64,000 bases of DNA from a bacterium (GTDB taxonomy: Bacteria > SZUA-182 > DTGQ01 > JAFGSM01): NCBI GenBank assembly GCA_049472355.1, contig JBLIRP010000004.1, positions 1-64,000 on the forward strand, given 5' to 3'. The first letter of the stretch is position 1. Every line of letters starts with the position of its first letter. The translations under genes and the position numbers were made by a program. Below the pieces are notes generated by a model. That model worked only from the letters and a program-made list of their open reading frames with translations. It searched no databases and had not been told where the DNA came from. Positions 17,511 through 27,816 of the stretch are shown here, piece by piece.

Positions 17511-19271
17511 TCAGCGACCCCTGACCAGGACCTCCTGTCCGGGATAGATCACGCTATGTCTGCTGAGATTGTTGAGGGAGAGAAAATCGTTAAGGCGCAT
17601 ACCGTGCATCCGGGCGATATCATAGGCACAATCACCCTTCCTCACCGTGAAGGTCTTCAATCCGCCGCCACCGCCGGCGCTTGCCAGGACGGGGATGCTT
17701 CCCTTGCGAACGGGGATCTTGAGCCGCTGCCCGATCCTGAGCCTGTTATATCGTCGGATGTTATTGGCGCGGGCGATTGCGCGGACGTTGGTGCGATACC
17801 TTTGGGCGATATGGGAAAGGGTCTCGCCCTTTCTGACTCGGTGATACACATACTGCGGCTGAGGCGGTCTCCAGGAGGGAATTTCATCCAGCCCGGCAAG
17901 GGCGGTCTCCGTCATAGAAACCGGGACCTTCAAGGCATACTCGCTGTCCGGGGTGACCTTGTGCCGCAATTCCGGATTCATATCGATCAATTCCTTGGCC
18001 CCAACCCCTATCTTGGCAGCGAGGTCGGAAAGCTGGATCTGCCTGTCCACGGTGATCTCCTCGTAAAGAAGCGGACCGAGGGGTGGAGGCAACTCCAGCC
18101 CGTACTGCTCCGGATTCTCTATCAGGTGGAGGGCAGCCATGAACCGCGGCACATAGCGGGCCGTCTCCGAAGGAAGATGGGAGTATAAATCCCAGAAGTT
18201 GTCCAGGTAGTTGATATGCTGGCTCCGGATGACCCGCAGTACGGTCCCCTCACCGCAGTTATACGCAGCCAGTGCCGTGGTCCAATCACCAAAGATGTGA
18301 TGGAGCTGCGTAAGGTATTCGATGGCGGCCCTGGTGGCCTTTACGGGGTCCATGCGTTCGTCGATCCAACGGTCGCGTTCGAGACCGAATTTATAACCGG
18401 TTGACGGGATGAACTGCCACAGGCCGAGGGCACGGGCACGGGAAAGTGCCCGAATCAGAAACCCACTCTCGATAAGGGGCAGCCAGGAAAGGGTGTCCGG
18501 AAGGCCCGCCTTCCTCAATTCATCGAGAATCATGGGACGGAATCGTCCGGACCGCGCATAGCTGTCCAGAAAAAACGTCCTCTCAGGCCCGAGGAATCCC
18601 TTGATTTCCCGCTCCACGATGTCGTTCATGACAAGCGGGATCTCCGTGTGCTTCCCGTTTACCACCCGTTGCCGTGAGGCGTAGATCTCGACGATCCTCC
18701 TGGAAATGAGGAACCGGATGTCTTCCTTCTGCTGAAAGATCTCCGCATCCCCATTGGTCTCCACGTTGATAAGCAATTCGTAGGCCCTGTCAAGGAGTTC
18801 CAGTGACAGCTCGCTATTTCCAGCCTGCCACTCATCCTGTGCCTCCTGGCAGAGTCCCAGGGCCTCGTCCAGCTTGTCCTGCTTCTCCTGGACATTATGA
18901 ATCTCCTCGATAGGCGCAGCGGACATAAGGGAGCCGTTCGGGCCGTAAAAAGAGGCGAGGCTGCTCTCCGAACCATACCCGCTCGCTTTGCTCTCTCCGG
19001 CATCAGTGGATTCGACGGGCCCGAAGCCGGCCTCCGTGCCGTCCTGAAATAAGGATTGCTCCCCTTCCGTTTCCTCTAAGGACCTTCTGCCGGATTCCGG
19101 GGAGAACCCCTCCTCCCCGTTCTCTGCAAAGATGCCCTGGTAGTCCTCGTGAAGAAAATTTGCATATTTTGGGCCTTGTTTTCCATAATTGTGCACATTC
19201 GCGTCATGAACACATCCGGTGACAAGAACGGGCAGGATCAGAAATAAAAATAAATAGTTCCTTGATTTCAT
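17511..19271 (-). CDS. mltD: Membrane-bound lytic murein transglycosylase D-like protein (SLT domain plus two C-terminal LysM domains)
   Basis: It has a lipoprotein-like signal (LVTGC) and an SLT catalytic region (LWQFIPSTGYKFGL...AAYNCGEGTV). The two LysM repeats are YHRVRKGETLSHIAQRY and TFTVRKGDCAYDIARMHG. Confidence 0.8.
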   Translation of the reverse strand: MKSRNYLFLFLILPVLVTGCVHDANVHNYGKQGPKYANFLHEDYQGIFAENGEEGFSPESGRRSLEETEGEQSLFQDGTEAGFGPVESTDAGESKASGYGSESSLASFYGPNGSLMSAAPIEEIHNVQEKQDKLDEALGLCQEAQDEWQAGNSELSLELLDRAYELLINVETNGDAEIFQQKEDIRFLISRRIVEIYASRQRVVNGKHTEIPLVMNDIVEREIKGFLGPERTFFLDSYARSGRFRPMILDELRKAGLPDTLSWLPLIESGFLIRALSRARALGLWQFIPSTGYKFGLERDRWIDERMDPVKATRAAIEYLTQLHHIFGDWTTALAAYNCGEGTVLRVIRSQHINYLDNFWDLYSHLPSETARYVPRFMAALHLIENPEQYGLELPPPLGPLLYEEITVDRQIQLSDLAAKIGVGAKELIDMNPELRHKVTPDSEYALKVPVSMTETALAGLDEIPSWRPPQPQYVYHRVRKGETLSHIAQRYRTNVRAIARANNIRRYNRLRIGQRLKIPVRKGSIPVLASAGGGGGLKTFTVRKGDCAYDIARMHGMRLNDFLSLNNLSRHSVIYPGQEVLVRGR

Positions 19272-19385
19272 AAGGATAATACCTCCATGGTCACAGTAAC
19301 CTTATACCTGTTTATCGGAAAATATCCCAAAATCATTTTCTTAAACTGCAAAATACAGACCATGTTATTATGGACACCCAAGGAA

Positions 19386-20369
19386 TCATGCATCGGTTGC
19401 CTGGGCGATCACCCTGATGACCTCTCCGCACCCGCATGCCGCAGAAAAAATGGAGATGAAGAGCGCGGGAACCGCGGCGAAAAACGCCTGAAGAAAGAGG
19501 CCCCACCCCTGCCCGTGCCCTCGCCTCAGTGCCCCCATCCGGTGATTGGCAATGCTCATGTGCTCGAAAAGGGCGTTCCTTCTCACAAAGAGGTTTAAAA
19601 TGCTTTGGAGCGTGGTAAAGGGCCCGTATTCCCACGAGAGGAAATCCCATGAGATGGGTGAAAACCCAGCCTTGTGCAGGGCAAGGCGAACGGTGGAAGG
19701 GGTGTAATGGTGCATATGGTGAAGGGGGTCCCACCCCATCCAGGCGGTCTTGGTCATCCTCGCAGACCAGCTTGCCGCATTGGGGACCTCGATCAGCAGA
19801 TAGCCGCCGGGTCTTACCAGACCCCGGCAACAGCGCAGATAGAGAAGCGGATCAGGCAGATGTTCAAGTACATGCCACATGGTAACGATGTCGAACGAAT
19901 GCCGGCTGAACGACGCATGGGGCAGTTCGCCGATGAAACAATCGATCCCGAAGGTCTTGCGGATAAATGACCCTGCGGTAGCGGAAACCTGGGTCCCCGC
20001 CACCTGCCACCCCCGCTTGTGCAGCTCGTGGATCATGATTCCCCTTCCGCAGCCGACATCCAGGATCGACCCCTTTCTCCCGAGCACCCTCTCCACGTAT
20101 GATGCCCTTTTAATACGGAAAAATCGGCAGACCCGTTCCGCCGATTTGGAAAACCGCTCCCCCGCGGGGGAGTAAAACGAATCCTGATACCTGGCATGAA
20201 TCTGTTCTTTGTCAGGAAGGGGATGCGTGACCATCAGGCCACACCCCCGGCATACCAGGAGCGACGTCCCGAACTCGCGAAAGGTGAAGCGAGGAATGAG
20301 GGAAGACCCTCCGCATAGAGTGCATATCTGATCAGGCACCGCCGTCCTGTTCGTGTCACGGATAGCCAT
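19386..20369 (-). CDS. Class I SAM-dependent methyltransferase
   Basis: Motif I ILDVGCGRG and post-I region. Methyltransf_11/23-like. Has an N-terminal Cys cluster (CTLCGG...CRGCG). Confidence 0.7.
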   Translation of the reverse strand: MAIRDTNRTAVPDQICTLCGGSSLIPRFTFREFGTSLLVCRGCGLMVTHPLPDKEQIHARYQDSFYSPAGERFSKSAERVCRFFRIKRASYVERVLGRKGSILDVGCGRGIMIHELHKRGWQVAGTQVSATAGSFIRKTFGIDCFIGELPHASFSRHSFDIVTMWHVLEHLPDPLLYLRCCRGLVRPGGYLLIEVPNAASWSARMTKTAWMGWDPLHHMHHYTPSTVRLALHKAGFSPISWDFLSWEYGPFTTLQSILNLFVRRNALFEHMSIANHRMGALRRGHGQGWGLFLQAFFAAVPALFISIFSAACGCGEVIRVIAQATDA

Positions 20370-20782
20370 TCATACCAGCCACGGAAAAAACCGCTGTCGA
20401 TTCAGGGGTGAACTATACCATACGCCATTCATGTTGACAACCGCCCCGGACCACCGATCGGGAATTCCAATTGTGAACCTTCAGCCAGGGAGCACAAGCA
20501 GACATAGTTGCTCCGCTCGACACGAAGGGGGGATACGCCTTTAACCAAACATTGTTGGAGCGAAGCGAGGCTGCTCTTTTGTTACGAAAATATCCTGTAT
20601 TCATCTGAAAATATTATATTTTCATCCTTCGTGGCGCCACGAAGCGGCATGAGAGTTTGCTCCTTTCAACGACGGAAATGGCGACTGAAGGCATCCCTAT
20701 ATCGTTCCGTAGCCACGTATGCATGGCAAAAATCAACATTGACGGATCATCGTTGATATCATTGCCGGACCTTGCCAAGGGA

Positions 20783-21571
20783 TCAGGGCCTTGCCAGCTT
20801 CCTGCCGCCGGCGCTGAATATCGGGGTCTGGTAAAGTCCCATCTTCTGTCCGATCACCTGGAACGTGGTTTTTATCACCCCCAGGGCGTAGCGACAGCTC
20901 TTCCAGAAACCGATGGTTGACGCCTCTGCAAAGTAATGGGCCGGACAACTTACCTCCCCGATCCTGAACCCGAAAAAGATGACCTGGCAGAGCATCTGGT
21001 TATCAAAGAGATAATCATCACTGTTTTCAAGGATGGGCAGGGTCTCCAGCACCTCTCTGGTGAATCCCCGGTACCCGGTGTGGTATTCCGAAAGGCCCTG
21101 GGCGAGCACCAGGTTCTGGAAGGTAGTGAGGACACGGTTGGCCACGTACTTGTACCACGGCATTCCGCTCTTGATGGCCCCCCGTCCCAGCATCCGGGAG
21201 CCCTGCACATAGTCGTAGAACCCGGTGCCCAGGAGGTAGGCGATGGCAGGGATGATCCTGGGGGTGTACTGATAATCGGGGTGCACCATGATCACGATGT
21301 CGGCACCGATCTCGATCGCCTTCCTGTAACAGGTCTTCTGGTTCGCCCCGTACCCCATGTTCCGGTCGTGCTGCAACAGGACAAGCTCAAGATCGCGGGC
21401 TATATACAGGGTATCGTCGGAGCTGCAATCATCGGTAAGGATGATCTCGTCAACCAGGGTGCGATCGATCTCGTGGTAGGTCTTCTCAAGGGTCTTGGCC
21501 GCATTGTATGCCGGCATCACCACGATGAGCCGTTTCCCGAGAATCATCTCCCCTGCCCTCTCCCTCTGCAT
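20783..21571 (-). CDS. Family 2 glycosyltransferase (dolichyl-phosphate mannose synthase-like)
   Basis: GT-A fold motifs LIVVMPAYNAAKTL and DDCSSDDT, with a DxD-type acidic pair. Confidence 0.75.
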   Translation of the reverse strand: MQRERAGEMILGKRLIVVMPAYNAAKTLEKTYHEIDRTLVDEIILTDDCSSDDTLYIARDLELVLLQHDRNMGYGANQKTCYRKAIEIGADIVIMVHPDYQYTPRIIPAIAYLLGTGFYDYVQGSRMLGRGAIKSGMPWYKYVANRVLTTFQNLVLAQGLSEYHTGYRGFTREVLETLPILENSDDYLFDNQMLCQVIFFGFRIGEVSCPAHYFAEASTIGFWKSCRYALGVIKTTFQVIGQKMGLYQTPIFSAGGRKLARP

Positions 21572-21791
21572 GCATGGTTTCGATCCATTGCGGGCAAATC
21601 ATCCCCTACTATAGAATCCATGAGGAATCGTTGTCAAATGGCAAGTGATCAATAGGGTTGTTGCCCACAATGTGTTGAGCAGTTACCTCACATGACATCT
21701 TTTCAGGTTCCGCAGCAAGAAAAGCCGAACAATCCGATTCTATTCCGCCTTTAACGGATGCCTAATCGGCCTTGTCGAGCGCCGTTCCGTA

Positions 21792-23024
21792 TTGTCTTAT
21801 CCGGGCGGTAATGATAGATTGGTGCCAAAAGGAGCACGGATGGAGCAGAAAAAACAGGGCATGAAGAATGTGTTCCTGCTGGGTGTGGTGAGTTTTCTCA
21901 ACGACTTGAGCAGCGAAATGATCATGCCCATCCTGCCTTTGTTCATCGCCGCACTCGGCGGCAAGGGGATGGCGGTGGGACTGGTCGGAGGGGTGCGCGA
22001 GGGCGTATCGAGTGTTGTAAAGATAGTGAGCGGATATTTCTCCGACCGGACCGGCCACAGAAAACGGTTTGTAGTTCTCGGATACCTTAACTCGGCCCTG
22101 TTCAAGCTCCTTTTGGGGGCCTCGCGCATATGGCAGCACGTGCTGGTGGTCACGGGTCTGGAGAGGATCGGAAAGGGCCTTCGTACGGCTGCCCGGGATG
22201 CGATCATTGCGGAATCGACCCCCCTGCACAGGGGAAGGGGATTCGGCATCCACCGTGCCTTTGACACCGCCGGGGCCGTAGGGGGCGCCGGGGTAGCACT
22301 TCTTTTGTACTGGCTCTTCAGGCTTGATTTCAGGGCGATCATCGTCGTTGCTGCGATCCTCTCGTTCACCTCCCTCATCCCTCTGATATTCGTGGCCGAG
22401 ACAAGGGGCGTTCCCCAGCGGGTCTCCTTTTCTCTCAGCATTCGCAGCCTCTCCCCCCGGCTCAGGGTCTTTCTTCTCATCGCCGCCATATTCTACCTGG
22501 CAAATCTCAGCTACATGTTCTTCATCCTGCGGGCACAGGAATATTTTTCGGGAATCTATCCTGAAAAGACCGCAAATCTCCTCCCCATCATCCTTTATAT
22601 TGTCTCCAATGCCGTCTATGCAGCAGGGGCCGTTCCGTTCGGCGTTCTCTCCGATAGGGTGGGAAGAAGGCGGGTGCTCGTGTCAGGCTACCTCCTTTTT
22701 TCCATCACCTCACTCGGGTTCGCATTCCTTCAGTCCCTCCCGGCATTCCTCCTGCTCTTTTGCGCATACGGTGTTGTGAACGCCATTGTGGATGCAAACG
22801 AGCGGGCATATATCGCTGACCTGGCGCCGTCCCATCTCAAGGCCACCGCCCTGGGAACCTTCCACGCCACGATCGGGTTGATGAGCGTGATTGAAGGCGC
22901 CGTGGCGGGCGCCCTCTGGGAGTGGATCTCCCCGCAGGCTGCCTTCCTTTACGGTGCTGCGCTGACCGGATGCGCCGCATGGATGTTTCTTCTGTTCGGC
23001 GGATTCCTCGCACGGGCCGAGTAG
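21792..23024 (+). CDS. MFS transporter
   Basis: 12 predicted TM segments with the MFS signature FSDRTGHRKRF between TM2 and TM3. The start is possibly the Met at 21840. Confidence 0.75.
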   Translation: MSYPGGNDRLVPKGARMEQKKQGMKNVFLLGVVSFLNDLSSEMIMPILPLFIAALGGKGMAVGLVGGVREGVSSVVKIVSGYFSDRTGHRKRFVVLGYLNSALFKLLLGASRIWQHVLVVTGLERIGKGLRTAARDAIIAESTPLHRGRGFGIHRAFDTAGAVGGAGVALLLYWLFRLDFRAIIVVAAILSFTSLIPLIFVAETRGVPQRVSFSLSIRSLSPRLRVFLLIAAIFYLANLSYMFFILRAQEYFSGIYPEKTANLLPIILYIVSNAVYAAGAVPFGVLSDRVGRRRVLVSGYLLFSITSLGFAFLQSLPAFLLLFCAYGVVNAIVDANERAYIADLAPSHLKATALGTFHATIGLMSVIEGAVAGALWEWISPQAAFLYGAALTGCAAWMFLLFGGFLARAE

Positions 23025-23545
23025 CAAGCGTGGAAGGACCCAGGCATTATCTGCATCCCTGCAAACAAAGTACATAATGAAATGCAGAAGGTGGCTACCG
23101 AGAAATAGGGTTCGAAATCGTCAGGATCTACGTCACGGATAACGTCTCTTCCCATATGGAGAGGATGATGAACGAAACCTCCGTGTCAATGGACACCTTT
23201 CTTGCAAGTCCGGTCAAGAAAGGATATTCCCCACTGCCCCCCTGATTGCAGCCACCACAACGGCTCCTGTCCGCGCTCACCACATCCTTTTCAGGACATT
23301 CCATCATTTCTCTTGCCATACAATACCTATTGATACCCGCAACTTTCATTATATGGCTTTCTTATGCCATTGCTTTATGAGTCGACAAGACTTGCCGGGT
23401 GCATGTGCGATAACCTTGATCTCCCTTCCCAGGCCCTGGCATCTGCTATTGGTTTTTCGGTTTCCGAAATTTCACTTGAAAATCTCCTTTGGGGCATTTT
23501 CATGCTTCTTTGTGAGCCGAAGTCTCATGTGCGTTTCACTTCTGC

Positions 23546-23584
23546 ATTCTACATTCTACATTCTACATTCTACATTCTACATTC
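23546..23584. repeat. Heptanucleotide microsatellite (ACATTCT)x~5.5
   Basis: Read directly: attctacattctacattctacattctacattctacattc. Confidence 0.9.
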
Positions 23585-23637
23585 GCAGTTTCATCCGGCT
23601 CATGAGCGTTTCATCACATTCTCCATCAGCTTTTCTT

Positions 23638-23982
23638 TCAGGACTTCTCCTGCGCGAGCAATGGTTCCAGAAGAGCGACGAGCGCAGGGAGATCATCCTG
23701 CACGGTACGCCAGAGAATATCCAGGTTGATATCGAAATAGGCATGAACCAGCTTGTGGCGCATGCCGATGATGTCGTCCCAGGGGATATCCTGGAGTTGG
23801 TCCTGCGTGATTTCAGAGATTTGATAGGCAGCCTCGCCGATGATCTCGATATCCTTGACCAGCGACAAAACCAGCATGCGATCGCCGTCCAAGTCGCAAC
23901 GAACCCTGTTCCGTGCAAAACATATGGCCTCATGTGCGGCATCCAACATGTGTCGCAAGCGAACCGCATCATCCTTGTGCAT
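23638..23982 (-). CDS. hepT: HepT-like toxin (DUF86, nucleotidyltransferase substrate-binding family) of a HepT/MNT toxin-antitoxin pair
   Basis: Conserved R(x)4HxY-type motif (MRHKLVHAY) in a ~115-aa protein. Its start overlaps the end of the MNT gene by about 14 nt. Confidence 0.75.
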   Translation of the reverse strand: MHKDDAVRLRHMLDAAHEAICFARNRVRCDLDGDRMLVLSLVKDIEIIGEAAYQISEITQDQLQDIPWDDIIGMRHKLVHAYFDINLDILWRTVQDDLPALVALLEPLLAQEKS

Positions 23983-24271
23983 ACTGCAGCTCCGCTTCTT
24001 GCAGGACATCCTGGCGAAAATACCGGCTGAGGTCCTCCGCAGTCCTGAGGTCTACTTTTCGGCCACCGAAGATACCTGAAAGTTCGCGCTCCAATCGAGC
24101 AATGCCGAAAAGCCCTGGCGCATGTTCAGGCTCAAACTCGACCAGAACATCCACGTCGCTATCCGGTCCAAAATCCTCCCGCAGCACCGATCCAAAAAAC
24201 GCCAGACGCCGAATGTGATGCTGCTGACAGAAGGAGGCAAGTTGTTTTTGATCGAAAGATATGTTCACCAT
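23969..24271 (-). CDS. mntA: MNT-type minimal nucleotidyltransferase antitoxin (MntA)
   Basis: GSxxRGxxxxxSDxD motif ([20 protein letters not shown]) in a 100-aa protein. It lies upstream of and overlaps hepT. Confidence 0.8.
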   Translation of the reverse strand: MVNISFDQKQLASFCQQHHIRRLAFFGSVLREDFGPDSDVDVLVEFEPEHAPGLFGIARLERELSGIFGGRKVDLRTAEDLSRYFRQDVLQEAELQYAQG

Positions 24272-24317
24272 CAGTGTGCCTCCATAATCTTGAAACTCTC
24301 TATACTCCAGTCTTCCA

Positions 24318-24539
24318 TGTTTAAAAGCTATCCTCTTGTAATTGAAGGCTTAAAAAGCGGCGAAACAGCTTTTCATGTGCACCCCCGTCATGGGCATGGA
24401 TTAAAGTCAAACATCTCCCTGTCGATGGACCATATGGTCATTTTTTTAGATGATATACAGACGACTATTGAAAGGCAAGGGCTAAGACAATGGAATTATG
24501 AATTCGAGTCCCTTGTGATTCATGATCTCCCTTGAATTC
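24318..24539 (+). CDS. Small hypothetical protein (73 aa)
   Basis: Open frame [29 protein letters not shown]... in the low-GC islet. No recognisable domain. Confidence 0.25.
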
Positions 24540-24548
24540 AACCATTAT

Positions 24549-24578
24549 ACGTTAGACGTTAGTTGCGTTAGGCGTTAG
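24549..24578. repeat. Short tandem repeat (ACGTTAG/GCGTTAG) x4
   Basis: Read directly: acgttagacgttagttgcgttaggcgttag. Confidence 0.8.
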
Positions 24579-24596
24579 GTGGCTCCAGACTTGCTG

Positions 24597-25330
24597 TCAA
24601 TTCTCAAGCCTCCTGATCAGGTTCAGGCAGTGCTCATTTCCTGGATGAAGCTGTATTCCTCTCATGGCAATGTCTCTCGCGCGATCCTCCCTGCTGATGT
24701 TTAGATACAGCCATAATAGGCGGGAGCATTCTGTCGCAGAAAGGTTGGGCAGGTGACGTTCCATTGCGCTCGCCACCTGTTCGATGAGCAGTCGGACTTC
24801 AGGTGACCAGGCATCCTCCAATCGCCGACCCTTAAGCTCACGAATCCTATTGTTTATTCGGTTTGCGAGGGTGCCAATCTCGCTGGCGGTGACGTATGGC
24901 AGGAGGGCAGCCTCGGATAGTGCATGGACCTCTCCAACTACGTCTTCTGTAGAATGGCACAAATCTGCCAGCTTCAACCATGCGCCCCTCCTATCATGCG
25001 CATCTGCGGTCTCGAGGAATCGCCGGAGGTATGTCCTGCAAAGTCTCGAAAGCGAGTGGTGATGAGAACCTTGTTGGGTGGACGGATGTGAGCGTCTATC
25101 CAGTTAAAGACATCGGCTGGATTATCAAGTGTTTCAAAATTATCGAGGACGAACAAGCTCGGTCCAGCCGCGCCATTCGCAAGGCAGCATTGAAAGTAGA
25201 CCTCGGGTTGAAAATTAGGGCTGTATACTTCCGATGGCTCAAGGAGCTTAACTGCTGCTTGTGCGATATCCTCTTCGCGGACGACCCGGGGACAAACAGG
25301 CTTTGGGCCAAATTATAGAAGATCAATGTC
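24597..25330 (-). pseudogene. Probable frameshifted or degraded remnant of a larger NTPase (STAND/NB-ARC-like) protein, split into two or more ORFs
   Basis: Two abutting minus-strand ORFs (24974-25156, then 24597-24977) are separated by a stop/start junction. The upstream fragment reads ...GPSLFVLDNFETLDNPADVFNWIDAHIRPPNKVLITTRFRDF, which resembles the hhhhDD / hhhTTR Walker B-to-sensor region of NB-ARC/NACHT ATPases. The region is low-GC. Confidence 0.3.
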
Positions 25331-25716
25331 TCGGGCATGATCCAAAGAATTACATCATAGGGTGTCGTTCAAGCTCGGCTATCGACTGGATCGCTGCGAT
25401 GGTTTTCATATGCATAGATTGACTATGACAAGATGCCCTTATGGAACCCTCACATCTGGACAGCAGTTATTGAATATGGTATAAATAATATAGAAATTTT
25501 TATGTCATTTTTGTTATCCATCGTTCTTTTTGACCGGTAGTGCGATATACCAGGGTATGTTCGGATAATAAGGGAGTCTTCCTTTTGAAGGATCCGGCAC
25601 ATAACCATTAATTCCGGAATTCATTCTCTTGACGGGGATTTTCATAAAGGGACGAGGCAACACGGGTGCATCGCTTCACCCATTTAGAAAAAGCGCATGG
25701 TAAGGAGGAGTGCATA

Positions 25717-26229
25717 ATGGAGGGTCCAAATCGTTCAATTGACAAATACCTGCGGCAGGCGGCGTGCATAGTGAGCATGCTGCTCATCGTTGCAGTGACA
25801 ACACCGACAATGGCTTCAGCCCAAATCTGGTATGGATACGGCGGTGGCTACCGGCCCACAGGGGGATGGACCCCCATGGGTATGGGTTATAACACCATGG
25901 CGGGTATGCCGAACTATTGGGGTATGGCAGCGCCCGTGTCTTATGGTGCAGGGGGCTGGGCCAGGCAGGGCAGCGGGTACTGGGGAGCGGCATCACCCAC
26001 CTGGGGAACGGGGATAGGTTACGCGGGATTCCAGTCAATGGCGCCCAGATATTATGGCTCCTCAGGACCATACGGCACTGGACCGCAGGCGCAATGGATG
26101 AATACGCCTACCTTCCCGCAGCAGGGGTGGCCCTCGTATGCCGGTTATTCTGCCGGTGGGTGGCAGCAGCCTATTGCCGACATTCCTTCCGGGTGGATAG
26201 GCCCGAACAGTTTCGTGTCAACCGGGTGA
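25717..26229 (+). CDS. Secreted Gly/Trp/Tyr-rich low-complexity protein (signal peptide plus about 140 aa of GW/GY-rich sequence)
   Basis: Strong SD AAGGAGG 8 nt before the ATG at 25717. The signal peptide is MEGPNRSIDKYLRQAACIVSMLLIVAVTTPTMASA|QIW. The mature part reads YGYGGGYRPTGGWTPMGMGY...GGWARQGSGYWGAASPTWGTGIGYAGF... An AT-rich promoter region lies at 25440-25660. Confidence 0.6.
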   Translation: MEGPNRSIDKYLRQAACIVSMLLIVAVTTPTMASAQIWYGYGGGYRPTGGWTPMGMGYNTMAGMPNYWGMAAPVSYGAGGWARQGSGYWGAASPTWGTGIGYAGFQSMAPRYYGSSGPYGTGPQAQWMNTPTFPQQGWPSYAGYSAGGWQQPIADIPSGWIGPNSFVSTG

Positions 26230-26506
26230 GGCTGCTAACAGTTCCGGCGGTCAGCCGGACAACGGTCAAGCGGCTTCAGGAAAATAAAGTCTTCCTTAAC
26301 GATGACGGGGAGAGACGGCGATGTAACGTATCGGGCGCACCGGGATCGGGTACGGCGGGAAGGTTGACAACCTCCGGGACCTATGTTTAAATGAAACGTT
26401 ACGATGGGAGCGCACTGGTGCCGTTTAGGGCACCTTTTTTTTAATTCATTTTTCAAACCCGCCTGCTCGCGCGGATGGATTCGGAGGACGTACTTACGGC
26501 GGCATC

Positions 26507-27721
26507 ATGGATGTGAAAAAACCACGATACGTAGTCATTGTCCCGGATGGCATGGGGGACTATCCGATCCCGGAACTCGGGTGGAAAACCATCCTCCAGA
26601 GTGCACGAACGCCCAATATGGATCTCATCGCCTCCAGGGGATTGATCGGGACCGTTCGCACGGTGCCGTCCGGGTTTCAGGCGGGAAGCGACGTGGCGAA
26701 CCTTTCCGCACTGGGATTCGATCCGGTGATATACTACACCGGACGCGCCCCGCTGGAGGCAGCCAATATCGGGGTTGCGCTTGCCGACGGTGACGTCGCC
26801 TACCGGTGCAACCTGGTGACCCTCGGGGATGGGAGGATGAAGGATTTCAGCGCCCAGCACATTCCCACACCCGAGGCCGCCGCGCTCATCCGGCACATCG
26901 ATGAACACCTGGGAGGCGACCGGGTGCGGTTCTATCCCGGCACCAGCTACCGGCACCTTATGGTATGGTCGGGAGGAGAGGCAGGCCCTGAGTGCACCCC
27001 GCCCCATGATATCTCAGGCAGGGAGTACGCCCCATACCTGCCGAAGGGACCGGGGGCCGATTTTCTGATTGCACTCATGAAGCAGTCGCAGGGGCTTCTT
27101 CAGGGACACGCGGTGAACAGGGAACGTCTGGAGGCGGGGAAATTACCTGCAACGAGCATCTGGCTCTGGGGCCAGGGGACGCGTCCCCACCTTCCGAAGT
27201 TTCATGATACGTACGGCCTGAAGGGCGGGATCATCTCGGCGGTGGACCTCCTGAAGGGGATCGGCATCTACCTGGGGCTCGAGGTGATCACGGTGCCGGG
27301 GGCAACCGGCTATTTTGACACCAACTACGAAGGGAAGGCGGAATACGCACTCAAGGGGCTGGAGCACCTCGATTTCGTGTTCATCCACGTCGAGGCGCCT
27401 GACGAGGCGGGTCATAACGGCGACACCAAGGGGAAGATACAGGCGGTGGAGGACGTGGACCGCCTCATCGTGGGAAGGATACTGGAGGGACTGAAGCGGT
27501 TTCCCCGCCACCACGTCATGGTCCTCCCCGACCACTACACCCCGATCAGCGTGCGGACCCATACCAGCGAGCCGGTGCCCTTCTGCATCTACACCTCGGA
27601 GGGAAGGCAGCAGGGGCAGGGGCAGGCTGCGCAGTTCGACGAGGAAACCGCAGGAAAAAGCGGCCGCTCCTTTTCAAACGGTCAGGAGCTTATGGCCTTC
27701 TTTCTCAAGAAGGATGGGTAG
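26507..27721 (+). CDS. apgM: 2,3-bisphosphoglycerate-independent phosphoglycerate mutase, archaeal type
   Basis: Metal-binding motifs VPDGMGD and HVEAPDEAGHNGD. About 400 aa, typical of the ApgM family. Confidence 0.85.
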   Translation: MDVKKPRYVVIVPDGMGDYPIPELGWKTILQSARTPNMDLIASRGLIGTVRTVPSGFQAGSDVANLSALGFDPVIYYTGRAPLEAANIGVALADGDVAYRCNLVTLGDGRMKDFSAQHIPTPEAAALIRHIDEHLGGDRVRFYPGTSYRHLMVWSGGEAGPECTPPHDISGREYAPYLPKGPGADFLIALMKQSQGLLQGHAVNRERLEAGKLPATSIWLWGQGTRPHLPKFHDTYGLKGGIISAVDLLKGIGIYLGLEVITVPGATGYFDTNYEGKAEYALKGLEHLDFVFIHVEAPDEAGHNGDTKGKIQAVEDVDRLIVGRILEGLKRFPRHHVMVLPDHYTPISVRTHTSEPVPFCIYTSEGRQQGQGQAAQFDEETAGKSGRSFSNGQELMAFFLKKDG

Positions 27722-27816
27722 GATTTCATTCGGTCGGAACATGAAACAGTGCCCCTCTTTTCCGGGGGTCTTTCCCTGAAGGCCTTCTGACCGGACATGG
27801 AGGAACGACATACGGT

